Assembly: GCA_963692945.1 (NCBI GenBank) | Contig: OY843585.1 | Coordinates: forward strand, 1,200,001 to 1,232,000 | Direction: 5' to 3' | DNA length: 32,000 nt | Origin: Bdellovibrionales bacterium | GTDB taxonomy: Bacteria; Bdellovibrionota; Bdellovibrionia; Bdellovibrionales; UBA1609 | Part shown: positions 1 through 8,772 of the stretch, one piece after another | Numbering within the stretch: the first letter of the stretch is position 1 | Layout: each line of letters starts with the position of its first letter | The notes under the pieces: generated by a model | Database searches by the model: none | The model's input: only the letters and a program-made list of their open reading frames with translations | Told to the model about the DNA's origin: nothing | Made by a program: the position numbers and the translations under genes

Positions 1-141
1 GAAACTACAAAACCAATTGTTGTTTCTATAAAAAAAGACGAAGAGTTTATTCCTATTTGTTTAAAAATCTCTGATAAAACACAGGGTAAGGTGAAAATCA
101 CTCACACAAAAGATCTTTCTGAAAACGACCCTTGTAATTAA
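1..141 (+). CDS. 3' end of an unidentified CDS (partial, continues upstream of the window)
   Basis: Frame 1 is open from the window edge to TAA at 139-141 (ETTKPIVVSIKKDEEFIPICLKISDKTQGKVKITHTKDLSENDPCN*). It is too short for the ORF track and I recognise no family. Confidence 0.35.
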   Translation, partial: ETTKPIVVSIKKDEEFIPICLKISDKTQGKVKITHTKDLSENDPCN

Positions 142-272
142 TTTACAAAACTCTAGTTCAAAAAAGTATTTTCTACTCTTATTCTAACGAGCTTTGAAGA
201 TCTTACCCATAAGCGAAAAACAGTAGTTTCACCTATGCAAAAACCAGCAGGTTTTCTCTATGAATATCCCTT

Positions 273-327
273 CTTGTTTTCTGAACTTGAAGAGTGTCCC
301 TCTTACGATGAAAGGTCAGAAAACAAG
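273..327. repeat. 12-bp perfect inverted repeat (cttgttttctga / tcagaaaacaag) with a 31-nt spacer, in the convergent gap between the partial CDS and pyrG
   Basis: Arms at 273-284 and 316-327 are exact reverse complements. No adjacent T-run on either strand, so it is not a canonical intrinsic terminator. Confidence 0.5.
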
Positions 328-350
328 GAGGATAACACTAGGATTTTGTT

Positions 351-1961
351 TTAAGGATTCTTAATACAAGATTTGATAAAACTCATAAACAAAGGATGAG
401 GATCAGTAGGTTTTGATTGAAACTCTGGATGATATTGAACCCCAACAAACCAAGGATGAGAGGGCAGCTCTAAAACTTCAATCAGATTTCCCGTCCCCTT
501 ACATCTTCCCGATAATTTCATACCATTTTTTTCAAAAATTTGAGAAAAACTAGGATTAAATTCATAACGATGACGATGCCTTTCTTCTATAAAATCTTTC
601 TTATAAATTTTTTTCACCTTAGAATTTGTATCTAATACACAAGGGTAAGAACCTAATCTCATACTTCCACCTTTATATTTAACATTTTTTTGATTGGGCA
701 TAACATCCACAACACAATATTCAGATTTTTTGTCACCTATAAACTCTCTACTCGTTGCATTTTTAATCCCACAAACATTACGAGCAAACTCTATTGCCGC
801 CATTTGCATACCTAAACATATCCCAAAAAAAGGAATAGACTTTTCACGAGAGTATTGAATGGCTTTTAATTTTCCATCAATACCACGATCTCCAAAACCT
901 CCAGGAACTAAAATACCATCTAAATCTTTAAACTCAGATAAACCATTTAGTTTTTCAGAGTTAACATATTTTATACGAATCTTAGCTTGATTGGCTAACC
1001 CTCCATGAATAAGAGCTTCATGTATAGATTGATAACTATCTCTTAAATGAACATATTTACCTACCAAACCAACAGTGATTTCTGTTTTTGGATTTTTAAT
1101 TTTAGTCACAACAGATTTCCATTTAGAAAGATTAGCCTTAGAAGTTTTTAAGGCTAATTTCTTAATCACTTTCTCATCTAATTTTTCTTTACTGAGTAAC
1201 AAAGGAATTTCATAAATGGTTTGAGCATCTTGAACTGTAACAATATCATTATGACTTAAATTAGAAAAAAGAGCTATTTTTGATTTTAACTCCTGATCAA
1301 TAGGATGAGAACAACGACAAATCAAAAAATCAGGTTGCAATCCCACCTCCCTTAAAGCTTTAACAGAGTGTTGGGTTGGTTTGCTTTTCAATTCACCTAC
1401 GGAAGGAATATAAGGAACAAAAGTCACATGAGCAAAAACGGTGTGTTCCATACCAAACTCTATACGCAACTGACGAATGGCTTCAATAAAAGGAAGACCT
1501 TCAATATCTCCAACAGTTCCACCTATTTCTACAACTGTAATATCAGAACCTTGAGAAACTTTAAAAAGACGCTGTTTTATTTCATCTGTAATATGAGGAA
1601 TCACTTGAACCGTCCGACCTAAGTAATCTCCCTTTCTCTCTCTTTCTATAACCTTCTGATAAACCTGACCTGTTGTAATACTATGATTTTTTGTTAAAAC
1701 CAAATTGGTGAATCTTTCATAGTGACCTAAATCAAGATCAGTTTCAGCTCCATCTTGAGTGACATAAACCTCTCCATGCTGAAAAGGAGATAGAGTTCCA
1801 GGGTCCACATTGATATAAGGATCACACTTAACAACACTGACTTTATAACCACGAGATTCTAAAAGAGTTGCTAAGCTGGCCGAAACCAAACCTTTTCCTA
1901 CAGAAGAAACAACTCCTCCTGTCACAAAAACAAATTTACTATTTTTTAACTTTGAATTCAA
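351..1961 (-). CDS. pyrG: CTP synthase
   Basis: 536 aa. N-terminal KFVFVTGGVVSSVGKG synthetase motif and C-terminal glutamine amidotransferase GICLGMQ (catalytic Cys) with HRHRYEFN. The start codon is TTG (revcomp of 1959-1961), preceded by AAGGGA 8 nt upstream. Confidence 0.97.
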   Translation of the reverse strand: MNSKLKNSKFVFVTGGVVSSVGKGLVSASLATLLESRGYKVSVVKCDPYINVDPGTLSPFQHGEVYVTQDGAETDLDLGHYERFTNLVLTKNHSITTGQVYQKVIERERKGDYLGRTVQVIPHITDEIKQRLFKVSQGSDITVVEIGGTVGDIEGLPFIEAIRQLRIEFGMEHTVFAHVTFVPYIPSVGELKSKPTQHSVKALREVGLQPDFLICRCSHPIDQELKSKIALFSNLSHNDIVTVQDAQTIYEIPLLLSKEKLDEKVIKKLALKTSKANLSKWKSVVTKIKNPKTEITVGLVGKYVHLRDSYQSIHEALIHGGLANQAKIRIKYVNSEKLNGLSEFKDLDGILVPGGFGDRGIDGKLKAIQYSREKSIPFFGICLGMQMAAIEFARNVCGIKNATSREFIGDKKSEYCVVDVMPNQKNVKYKGGSMRLGSYPCVLDTNSKVKKIYKKDFIEERHRHRYEFNPSFSQIFEKNGMKLSGRCKGTGNLIEVLELPSHPWFVGVQYHPEFQSKPTDPHPLFMSFIKSCIKNP

Positions 1962-2020
1962 AACGGTTATCCCTTAACACTGATTCTTTTTAACTAGAAT
2001 TTTTTACAGAACAAATAAAT

Positions 2021-3427
2021 CTAAAAAGCCTGAAAGAAATCCACAATAAAATTCACTGGCTTTTCAGGATCTCTTAATGCAAAACCAACATCCACTCTTA
2101 ATTTCATCTTGTAATCTGAAGGTATTCCTAATCTTAAACCCACTCCAAAATCCCATTTAAAATTTTTAAATTTTTCTCCGTAGGCAGCAACCTCTCCCAA
2201 CTCTGCAAATAACACTCCCGATAAAAATTGACTCCATATAGGTAAAGGAATACGAATTTCACTCTGAGCAAAATAAATTTTATCTCCACTAAAGCGATTT
2301 TCTGAAAAACCACGCAAAACATGTCTGCCACCTAAACTGTATTTTAAAGAGTATGATATACTAGATATAAAAGAAGAACCTACAAAAGACCTTAGAGCCA
2401 AAACATATTTATCAAAAAAACTATAGTAGTATCGTAAATCTAATTCCCCAAGACAAAAACTACTTCCTTTACCTAAACTAGGGACACAACCCAAAGACAA
2501 TTGATGATAGTGACCATTTTTAGCATTTTTCCAACTGTCTCGGCTATCATAACCTACCCTTGCTCTTAAATGAACTAGAACCTCTGAAGAAAAATAAATT
2601 TTTTCATCTTGTAAATTAGGTCGTTCTCTTCTTAAAATCAACTCACTTCCCAAACTAGAAAAAGTTTTATTGTGAAGTATATATTTCATCTCATGACTCA
2701 AGCGAATTCTATAAGCATAAAGTTTCTTCAGATCAGATTCTTTAGTATCCATCCCATCTTTTCCATAAAAAGACTCTGAAAAACTGTCATAAGAGGTATA
2801 AAAATAATTTTCCATTCCAGAGTTATGCCTAACAAAGTAGGTAAAATCTCCTTGTATAAGAGAAGTGAAAATCTGGTTAGAAAAAGAAACTCCCATATAA
2901 TGACCCTTCTCTTTTGAAGAGTAGGTAAATAACCTTAAACCCAAAATAGGAGAGTAAGATTTGAAAATATAAAAAGGAAAAATAGCGATTTTATACTTGG
3001 TTTGTTTTTTTTCAAAAAACCAAGAGTAATCTTCAAAAAAAGAAGTTAAAAGACCTTCCCCTTCAACAGACTCTTTTTCCTCTGAAGAAAAAGATTCAGA
3101 GATCTGATTTTTTGATTTTTTTACATCCTGAGGTTCTTCTGAAGGAGTAACTTCTGAAACCTCTTCTTTGATTTTAACGCTGTCAATTGTCTCTGAAGAA
3201 GTCGTTGCTGAGACCTCTTCTTTTGACTTTTTTTCCTCAAACTTTGTTGTCTCTGAAGAAGCTGTTGCTGAAATCTCTTCTTTGACTTTGATGGTATCCG
3301 TTGTCTCTGAAGAAACGACTGATATCTCTTTTTTTGACTTTTTCAAATCCTCAGATTTTGTTGTCTCTGAAGAAGCTGAAAAAACAAAAAATAAACACAA
3401 AAATAATAGAACTTTTTTCACCATCAT
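2021..3427 (-). CDS. Omp85 / bacterial surface antigen (D15) family outer-membrane beta-barrel with a repeat-rich N-terminus and no obvious POTRA domains
   Basis: Signal peptide MMVKKVLLFLCLFFVFSASS. About 105 aa of SSETT..K(E)E(V/I)S repeats. The barrel carries the Omp85-type motif GGRHVLRGFSENRFSGDKIYFAQSEIRIPL and ends in an aromatic beta-signal (...VDFFQAF). Confidence 0.8.
   Translation of the reverse strand: MMVKKVLLFLCLFFVFSASSETTKSEDLKKSKKEISVVSSETTDTIKVKEEISATASSETTKFEEKKSKEEVSATTSSETIDSVKIKEEVSEVTPSEEPQDVKKSKNQISESFSSEEKESVEGEGLLTSFFEDYSWFFEKKQTKYKIAIFPFYIFKSYSPILGLRLFTYSSKEKGHYMGVSFSNQIFTSLIQGDFTYFVRHNSGMENYFYTSYDSFSESFYGKDGMDTKESDLKKLYAYRIRLSHEMKYILHNKTFSSLGSELILRRERPNLQDEKIYFSSEVLVHLRARVGYDSRDSWKNAKNGHYHQLSLGCVPSLGKGSSFCLGELDLRYYYSFFDKYVLALRSFVGSSFISSISYSLKYSLGGRHVLRGFSENRFSGDKIYFAQSEIRIPLPIWSQFLSGVLFAELGEVAAYGEKFKNFKWDFGVGLRLGIPSDYKMKLRVDVGFALRDPEKPVNFIVDFFQAF
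3053..3373 (-). repeat. Degenerate in-frame tandem repeat (about 54-60 nt, 18-20 aa units starting SSETT) encoding the Omp85 N-terminal region
   Basis: Recurring tgtctctgaagaag.. on the plus strand. The protein reads SSETTKSEDLKKSKKEISVV / SSETTDTIKVKEEISATA / SSETTKFEEKKSKEEVSATT / SSETIDSVKIKEEVSEVTP and so on. Confidence 0.6.
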
Positions 3428-3606
3428 TTTTTAACACTCTTTAGGTTATTTTTCAAAATTAACCAAACCTTAACATTATATAGAACATCCTATCAAGGCT
3501 TTAGATCCATAAGGATAGTTCATTTTTAGAGATTTGTTAAGATTATGTTAATGGCTTTGTTAAAAACTCCTGTACTGATAGAATATAAGTACAGGGAGGC
3601 TTTTAT

Positions 3607-3852
3607 ATGTATAGAAAATTACTCATTATCGTATCCATTCTTTTTAGCATACAAGCTTTCTCAGGATCAGAAAATTATGTTCCCGTGTTTAAAGTCACTA
3701 AAAGTTCAAAAGAAATGAAAAGATCGGATTTACAAAGAAACCTATTAGAAGATATAAATCATTTAAAAATACTTCTTAAAAATGAAAATTTTATAGCCAA
3801 CTTTAAAGGTGAGCCTGAAGAAGAAGTTATTTTCAATCTAACTTCTTTATAA
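3607..3852 (+). CDS. Small hypothetical secreted protein (81 aa)
   Basis: ATG is preceded by GGGAGG (3594-3599). N-terminal signal peptide MYRKLLIIVSILFSIQAFSG. No recognisable family. Confidence 0.5.
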   Translation: MYRKLLIIVSILFSIQAFSGSENYVPVFKVTKSSKEMKRSDLQRNLLEDINHLKILLKNENFIANFKGEPEEEVIFNLTSL

Positions 3853-3905
3853 AACCCTAAATTCTCTAAGACCCTAAACCATTTCAAAACTTAGTTGATT
3901 CAAGA

Positions 3906-5309
3906 CTATCGGCAGATTACGACGGTTTTTATGTTAGTAAACTCTCTAAGACCTTCAACAGATAATTCACGACCATAGCCACTATCCCCTATACCTCCAA
4001 AAGGTAAATAAGGGCTAGATTTAACCAATCCATTCACAAAACAAGAACCTGAATTGATATAGTCTCGTGCCCATTTTTCCCCTCTTTCTCTATTTTCTGT
4101 AAAAATAGCTGCTCCTAGCCCATAATGTGTATCATTTGCTAATTCTATAGCCTCTTGCTCATTTTCCACTTTTAAAATAGGCAGTAAAGGGCCAAATGTT
4201 TCTTCCCTAAAACAATGCATTTCAGAGGTGCAATTTCCAAGTAATGTGATAGGAAAATAATAGCCTTTTTCCCTGTCTTCCTCTCTAGGATATTTTTCAA
4301 ATAAGATATTAGCCCCTTCTTTTAAAGCCTGATCTCTCAGAACTTCTAACTTTTTTACAAATTCTTTCTTTGCTAAAGGACCAACATCCGGATTATAGAG
4401 AGGGTGTGAAATTGTTTTTTGAGAAAGAATACTTATCAAAATTTCAATAAGGTCTTCATAAATACTTTTTTCGACAATAAGTCTTTTATTGGCAATACAA
4501 CTTTGACCAGAATTGTTCAATCGGCTATCAATGATACTGGTAGCGGCTTTTGAAAGATCTGCATCTTCTAAAACAATATAAGGGTCATTTCCACCTAATT
4601 CTAAAATGGATTTCTTCAAATACTTCCCACAAAGAGAAGCTATATGACGACCTGTTTGAGTGCTTCCTGTAAAAGAAACCGACCTTATAAAAGGATGAGA
4701 AATAACAGATTCCACTTGGTTCCTCTGTAGCAATAAAGTACTAAATGTCCCAGCTGGCCAACCACTTGTATGAAAAATATTCTCTAAAGCTAAGGCACAA
4801 TTGGTTACATTTTCTGAATGTTTTAAAAAGACAACATTTCCAGCCGTTAAAGCTGGTATTGCATAACGAAACACCTGCCAAAAAGGAAAGTTCCACGGCA
4901 TAATTCCAAAAATCCCTCCTAAAGGAGCATAATAAATGTAACTTTTTTTATACTGTAAACTCTCTTCTCTAGAAGTTAAAAAATACTCTCCGTACTCTCT
5001 ATAATAACGACATAGTAAAGCACATTTTTCAATTTCACGAACAGATTGATTAAGAGGTTTCCCCATCTCCTTAGTAATGATTTCAGAAAGATTTTCTTTC
5101 TCCTCAAGGAGTTTTTCAGAAAGGTTTTCTAAAAGATCGGCTCTTTTTACAAAATTTTGAAGCCTCCAATCTTCCCAAACTTCCCGACTTCCATTGATAA
5201 CCTCTTGAATTTTTGAAGAACTGAAAGGTTCATGTTCTCCAAGAACTTTTGCTTCAGAAGGGTCTATAGATACAAGTTTAACTTCTTTTTGAACAGAGGT
5301 ATTTGACAT
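3906..5309 (-). CDS. NAD(P)-dependent aldehyde dehydrogenase (succinate-semialdehyde dehydrogenase-like)
   Basis: 467 aa. ALDH catalytic motifs ELGGNDP (general-base Glu) and GQSCIANKR (nucleophile Cys), plus EETFGPL and the C-terminal PFGGIGDSGYGRE. Confidence 0.93.
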   Translation of the reverse strand: MSNTSVQKEVKLVSIDPSEAKVLGEHEPFSSSKIQEVINGSREVWEDWRLQNFVKRADLLENLSEKLLEEKENLSEIITKEMGKPLNQSVREIEKCALLCRYYREYGEYFLTSREESLQYKKSYIYYAPLGGIFGIMPWNFPFWQVFRYAIPALTAGNVVFLKHSENVTNCALALENIFHTSGWPAGTFSTLLLQRNQVESVISHPFIRSVSFTGSTQTGRHIASLCGKYLKKSILELGGNDPYIVLEDADLSKAATSIIDSRLNNSGQSCIANKRLIVEKSIYEDLIEILISILSQKTISHPLYNPDVGPLAKKEFVKKLEVLRDQALKEGANILFEKYPREEDREKGYYFPITLLGNCTSEMHCFREETFGPLLPILKVENEQEAIELANDTHYGLGAAIFTENRERGEKWARDYINSGSCFVNGLVKSSPYLPFGGIGDSGYGRELSVEGLREFTNIKTVVICR

Positions 5310-5417
5310 AGATACAATTTAACTTATTTTGAAAACAAAGGCTATTATTTATTAAAAGCAAAGGCACCTAAAAAAACTTCTTCTCACTTCCCTATTGCTT
5401 TCTAAATTTTACACTTT

Positions 5418-5446
5418 TTTCTATTAAAAAAATTATCTCATATAAT
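5418..5446 (+). promoter_or_regulatory. Candidate sigma70-type promoter for rnr (TTTCTA - 17 nt - TATAAT)
   Basis: Perfect TATAAT at 5441-5446, 35 nt upstream of the rnr ATG. The -35 is weak (3/6). Sequence-pattern call only, in AT-rich DNA. Confidence 0.3.
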
Positions 5447-5481
5447 CATAGCCTATTCTTTAAATTGTGTTATAAAGACCT

Positions 5482-8400
5482 ATGAAACAAAAGAGCTACA
5501 GTAAAAAAAAGATTTTACAAGGAACTATAAAGAAACATTCTGAGGGTTTTGGCTTTGTTATACCTGACAATGACAAGCATCCTGATATTTATATCCCTGC
5601 TACTCTTATCAATTCGGCTTTCACAAATGACTCCGTTACTGTTTCTGTTCAAAAACGAAAGGGCAAACCTGGTAGATTTTTTGGAGCCGTTGAATCTATT
5701 GTAAAAAGACATAAGGAATTTGCAACGGGCACTTATGCAATCATTGATAACAAAGAAGTCCTTAAAAATCATAACCTTAGCTGTGAAGAATACATCTTGG
5801 TTCAAAATCCAAATTCTATTCCTCTAAATGAGGAAGACTGTATCAAAGTAAAAATCACTCAATACCCTGATGATAGAAAAGATTTAAAAGGAGAGGTTGT
5901 ACAAAACTTAGGAGTTATCACTTCCTCTGCAAAAGATGATATAAAAAGAGTCCTATCAGAATTTGATATTCCTCTTGAATTTCCAGATGAAGTTTTAGAA
6001 GAAGTGAATCAATTTCCTGACACTGTTACAGAGAAAGATTTTACAGACAGAAAAAACCTTACTGATAAATGTTTTGTAACCATTGATGGTGAAACAGCTA
6101 AAGACTTTGATGATGCTATTTATGTAGAGAAACAAGATTCTGGTTATCGTCTTTTTGTAGCCATTGCTGATGTCAGTTACTATGTAGGAGAAGACACTCA
6201 TTTAGATCAAGAGGCTTTTGCAAGAGGAAATAGCACTTATCTTCCTGATTTTTGCATCCCTATGCTTCCTGAAAAGTTAAGCAATGATCTTTGTTCTTTA
6301 ATGCCCCTACAACCTCGTCTTGTTATGGTCGCAGAACTAGATTACGACTTTCAAGGAGAACTTATAAAATCTCAAATCTATCCTTCCGTTATTGAGAGCA
6401 AGAAACGATTAACTTATGAAGAGGTTCAAAGTAAGATAGATGGTTCTTCAGACCTTGGCGATTTAACATTTTTAAAATTAGCTCAAGACTTAGCAAAACT
6501 TCTTATAAAAAAGCATTATCAAGAAGGAGCTTTAAATTTAGAAATAGAAGAGATAAATATTGTAACCAATGAAGTTGGTGAACCCATTGATTTTGTAAAA
6601 GAAGAAAGACTTTTTTCTCATCAACTTATTGAACAATTTATGCTTGCAGCTAATAAAGCTGTAAGTGCTTTTTTAGAAGAAAACGATACTCCTTTTATGT
6701 ATCGTATTCATGAAGAACCAAAAGAAGACAAATTACAACATCTTGAAACTTTTTCAAAAAGTTTGGGTCATTTAACAGGATTGAACTCTAGAAAAGATAT
6801 CATTCAATTTCTTTCTGAATTTAAAGATCATCCAAAAAACTTTATAATTAACAAACTTGTTCTAAGGTCTTTGTCTCAAGCTCGCTACAGTGCTTACAAT
6901 AAAAGTCATTACGGGTTGAATTTTAAATCCTACACTCATTTTACATCACCCATTCGCCGATACTGTGACCTTATGATACACAGATTTATTAAAAAAGTTC
7001 TCAACAAATCCGATCAACCTTCACTTGAGGAAAAAGATATAGAAAACAAATCTCTACTTATCAGTGGACGAGAACAAAACTCTGTAAAAGCAGAACGACA
7101 AGTCAAAGATATCAAAAAAGCAAGATTTTTATCTCTACACTTAGGTAAAAACTTTTCAGGAGTTATTTCTTCTGTCACTTCTTTTGGAATTTTTATTTCT
7201 TTGGATGAGTTTGATATTGAAGGACTTGTTCGTTTAAAAGATTTACCTGAACACTGGATTGCAGATGAAGTGCATTTAAGTATCACAGCCAAAAGAAGTG
7301 GTTACACTATGAAATGTGGAGACAAAGTAGAAATCCAAGTTGTTGCAACCAATCCCCTAACAGGTCATATTGATTTTCAATTACTCAGCCATCAAGATCA
7401 GCCACTGCCTAAAGAAAGAGCTTTTTCTTCAGACTTTTCTGGAAGGTCTTCGGGAAGAGATTCTGGTAGAAGAGGTGGTAGATCTTCAGGTAGAAGTTCT
7501 GATAGAAGAGGTGGTAGGTCTTCAGGTAGAAGTTCTGATAAAAAAAGATTTGGCAGGTCTTCAGATGGAGATTCAAGAAGAAGTTCAGGTGGAAGATTTG
7601 GTAGGTCTTCAGATGGAGATTCAAGAAGAAGTTCAGGTGGAAGATTTGGCAGGTCTTCAGATGGAGATTCAAGAAGAGGTTCAGGTGGAAGATTTGGAAG
7701 ATCCTCTGATTCATCAAGAAAAAAACCAGGAAGAAGATTTGGAAGAGATTCTGAAAGAGAAACAGAATCTTTTAAAGACGATAGAAAGGGCTTGCTGAAA
7801 ACAAGACCTCGTCCACGACTTAAAGTTAATTCTCGCTTTAAAAAAGATTCATCTGCTGAAGATTCAGATTCAAGAGACAGAAAACCTAGAGGAAGATTCT
7901 CTAAAGATTCAGATTCAAGAGGTGCTAAACCTAGAGGAAGATTCTCTAAAGATTCAGACTCAAGAGGTGCTAAACCTAGAGGAAGATTCTCCAAAGATTC
8001 AGACTCAAGAGACAGAAAACCTAGAGGAAGATTCTCTAAAGATTCAGATTCAAGAGACAGAAAACCTAGAGGAAGATTCTCCAAAGATTCAGATTCAAGA
8101 GATAGAAAACCTAGAGGAAGATTCTCTAAAGATTCAGATTCAAAAAGTGCTAAACCTAGAGGAAGATTCTCTAAAGATTCAGACTCAAGAGATAGAAAAC
8201 CTAGAGGAAGATTCTCTAAAGATTCAGATTCACGAGATAGAAAACCTAGAGGAAGATTCTCCAAAGATTCAGACTCAAGATCACGAAGTGCTAAACCCAG
8301 AGGAAGATTCTCTAAAGATTCAGACTCAAGAGGTGCTAAACCTAGAGGAAGGTTCTCTAAAGATTCAGACTCACGAAGTGCTAAACCTAGAGGAAGGTTT

Positions 8401-8664
8401 TCTAAAGACTCAGATTCACGAAGTGCTAAACCTAGAGGAAGATTCTCCAAAGATTCAGACTCAAGATCACGAAGTGCTAAACCTAGAGGAAGATTCTCCA
8501 AAGATTCAGGATCACGAAGTGCTAAACCTAGAGGAAGACCCTCCAAAGATTCAGACTCACGATCACGAAGTGCTAAACCTAGAGGAAGATTCTCTAAAGA
8601 TTCAGACTCAAGATCACGAAGTGCTAAACCTAGAGGAAGACCCTCCAAATCTAAAAATTTATAA
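5482..8664 (+). CDS. rnr: Ribonuclease R with an exceptionally long repetitive basic C-terminal tail
   Basis: 1060 aa. Cold-shock-like GFGFVIPD, RNB motifs DFDDAIYV and HFTSPIRRYCDLMIHR, and S1 domain GVISSVTSFGIFISL. The core ends around aa 635 (...GHIDFQLLS), followed by about 425 aa of R/S/G/D/K repeats. Confidence 0.95.
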   Translation: MKQKSYSKKKILQGTIKKHSEGFGFVIPDNDKHPDIYIPATLINSAFTNDSVTVSVQKRKGKPGRFFGAVESIVKRHKEFATGTYAIIDNKEVLKNHNLSCEEYILVQNPNSIPLNEEDCIKVKITQYPDDRKDLKGEVVQNLGVITSSAKDDIKRVLSEFDIPLEFPDEVLEEVNQFPDTVTEKDFTDRKNLTDKCFVTIDGETAKDFDDAIYVEKQDSGYRLFVAIADVSYYVGEDTHLDQEAFARGNSTYLPDFCIPMLPEKLSNDLCSLMPLQPRLVMVAELDYDFQGELIKSQIYPSVIESKKRLTYEEVQSKIDGSSDLGDLTFLKLAQDLAKLLIKKHYQEGALNLEIEEINIVTNEVGEPIDFVKEERLFSHQLIEQFMLAANKAVSAFLEENDTPFMYRIHEEPKEDKLQHLETFSKSLGHLTGLNSRKDIIQFLSEFKDHPKNFIINKLVLRSLSQARYSAYNKSHYGLNFKSYTHFTSPIRRYCDLMIHRFIKKVLNKSDQPSLEEKDIENKSLLISGREQNSVKAERQVKDIKKARFLSLHLGKNFSGVISSVTSFGIFISLDEFDIEGLVRLKDLPEHWIADEVHLSITAKRSGYTMKCGDKVEIQVVATNPLTGHIDFQLLSHQDQPLPKERAFSSDFSGRSSGRDSGRRGGRSSGRSSDRRGGRSSGRSSDKKRFGRSSDGDSRRSSGGRFGRSSDGDSRRSSGGRFGRSSDGDSRRGSGGRFGRSSDSSRKKPGRRFGRDSERETESFKDDRKGLLKTRPRPRLKVNSRFKKDSSAEDSDSRDRKPRGRFSKDSDSRGAKPRGRFSKDSDSRGAKPRGRFSKDSDSRDRKPRGRFSKDSDSRDRKPRGRFSKDSDSRDRKPRGRFSKDSDSKSAKPRGRFSKDSDSRDRKPRGRFSKDSDSRDRKPRGRFSKDSDSRSRSAKPRGRFSKDSDSRGAKPRGRFSKDSDSRSAKPRGRFSKDSDSRSAKPRGRFSKDSDSRSRSAKPRGRFSKDSGSRSAKPRGRPSKDSDSRSRSAKPRGRFSKDSDSRSRSAKPRGRPSKSKNL
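7546..7700 (+). repeat. 48-nt in-frame tandem repeat, about 3.2 copies (RFGRSSDGDSRRSSGG)
   Basis: Near-identical units start at 7546, 7594 and 7642. They are preceded by two copies of a 36-nt unit (RRGGRSSGRSSD) at about 7468-7540. Confidence 0.85.
7861..8652 (+). repeat. 42/48-nt in-frame tandem repeat, 17 copies (DSDSR-[DR|GA|SA|SRSA]-KPRGRFSK)
   Basis: I counted 17 KPRGR(F/P)SK units in the translation. DNA units differ mainly at synonymous positions (gattca/gactca, agattc/aggttc) and in a 2-4 residue variable dipeptide block. Confidence 0.9.
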
Positions 8665-8772
8665 CATTCCAACTCTTCGCATCAATGAAAAATCTGTATT
8701 AAATTCTAATAAATAATTTATTATTAATAAAACTTCCTTTATAAAAATTAAATTTAATGGAGAAATAAATTT

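Noticed and set aside
235-354. 39-aa ATG ORF (MQKPAGFLYEYPFLFSELEECPSYDERSENKEDNTRILF) spanning the inverted repeat and overlapping the pyrG stop
   Set aside because: It has no SD, lies in a convergent terminator-type region and overlaps pyrG. There is no support beyond being open.
1368-1622. 84-aa ORF antisense to pyrG
   Set aside because: It lies entirely inside a highly conserved CDS and has no SD. It is a typical AT-rich antisense ORF.
2134-3434. ORFs 2134-2331 (-) and 3168-3434 (+) within or antisense to the Omp85 gene
   Set aside because: They are alternative-frame or antisense reads of the barrel and of the SSETT repeat region. There is no independent support.
5515-7292. Antisense ORFs 5515-5805, 5995-6201 and 7014-7292 inside rnr
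   Set aside because: They are embedded in the conserved RNase R core on the opposite strand. No start signals are present.
7861-8652. Regular 42/48-nt periodicity that could superficially resemble a CRISPR array
   Set aside because: The units are directly adjacent with no unique spacers. They are in frame within a CDS and lack the palindromic repeat structure. No cas genes are present.
7370-8716. Long ORFs in other frames and on the opposite strand of the rnr tail (7398-8672 minus, 7922-8716 plus, 7370-7798 plus, 7409-7717 minus)
   Set aside because: They lie entirely within the tandem repeats. A stop-free repeat unit propagates open frames in several phases. Their products are monotonous (LENLPLGLALR.., LNLEEDSLKIQ..), and they have no independent start context. 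The rnr frame is continuous with a conserved catalytic core.
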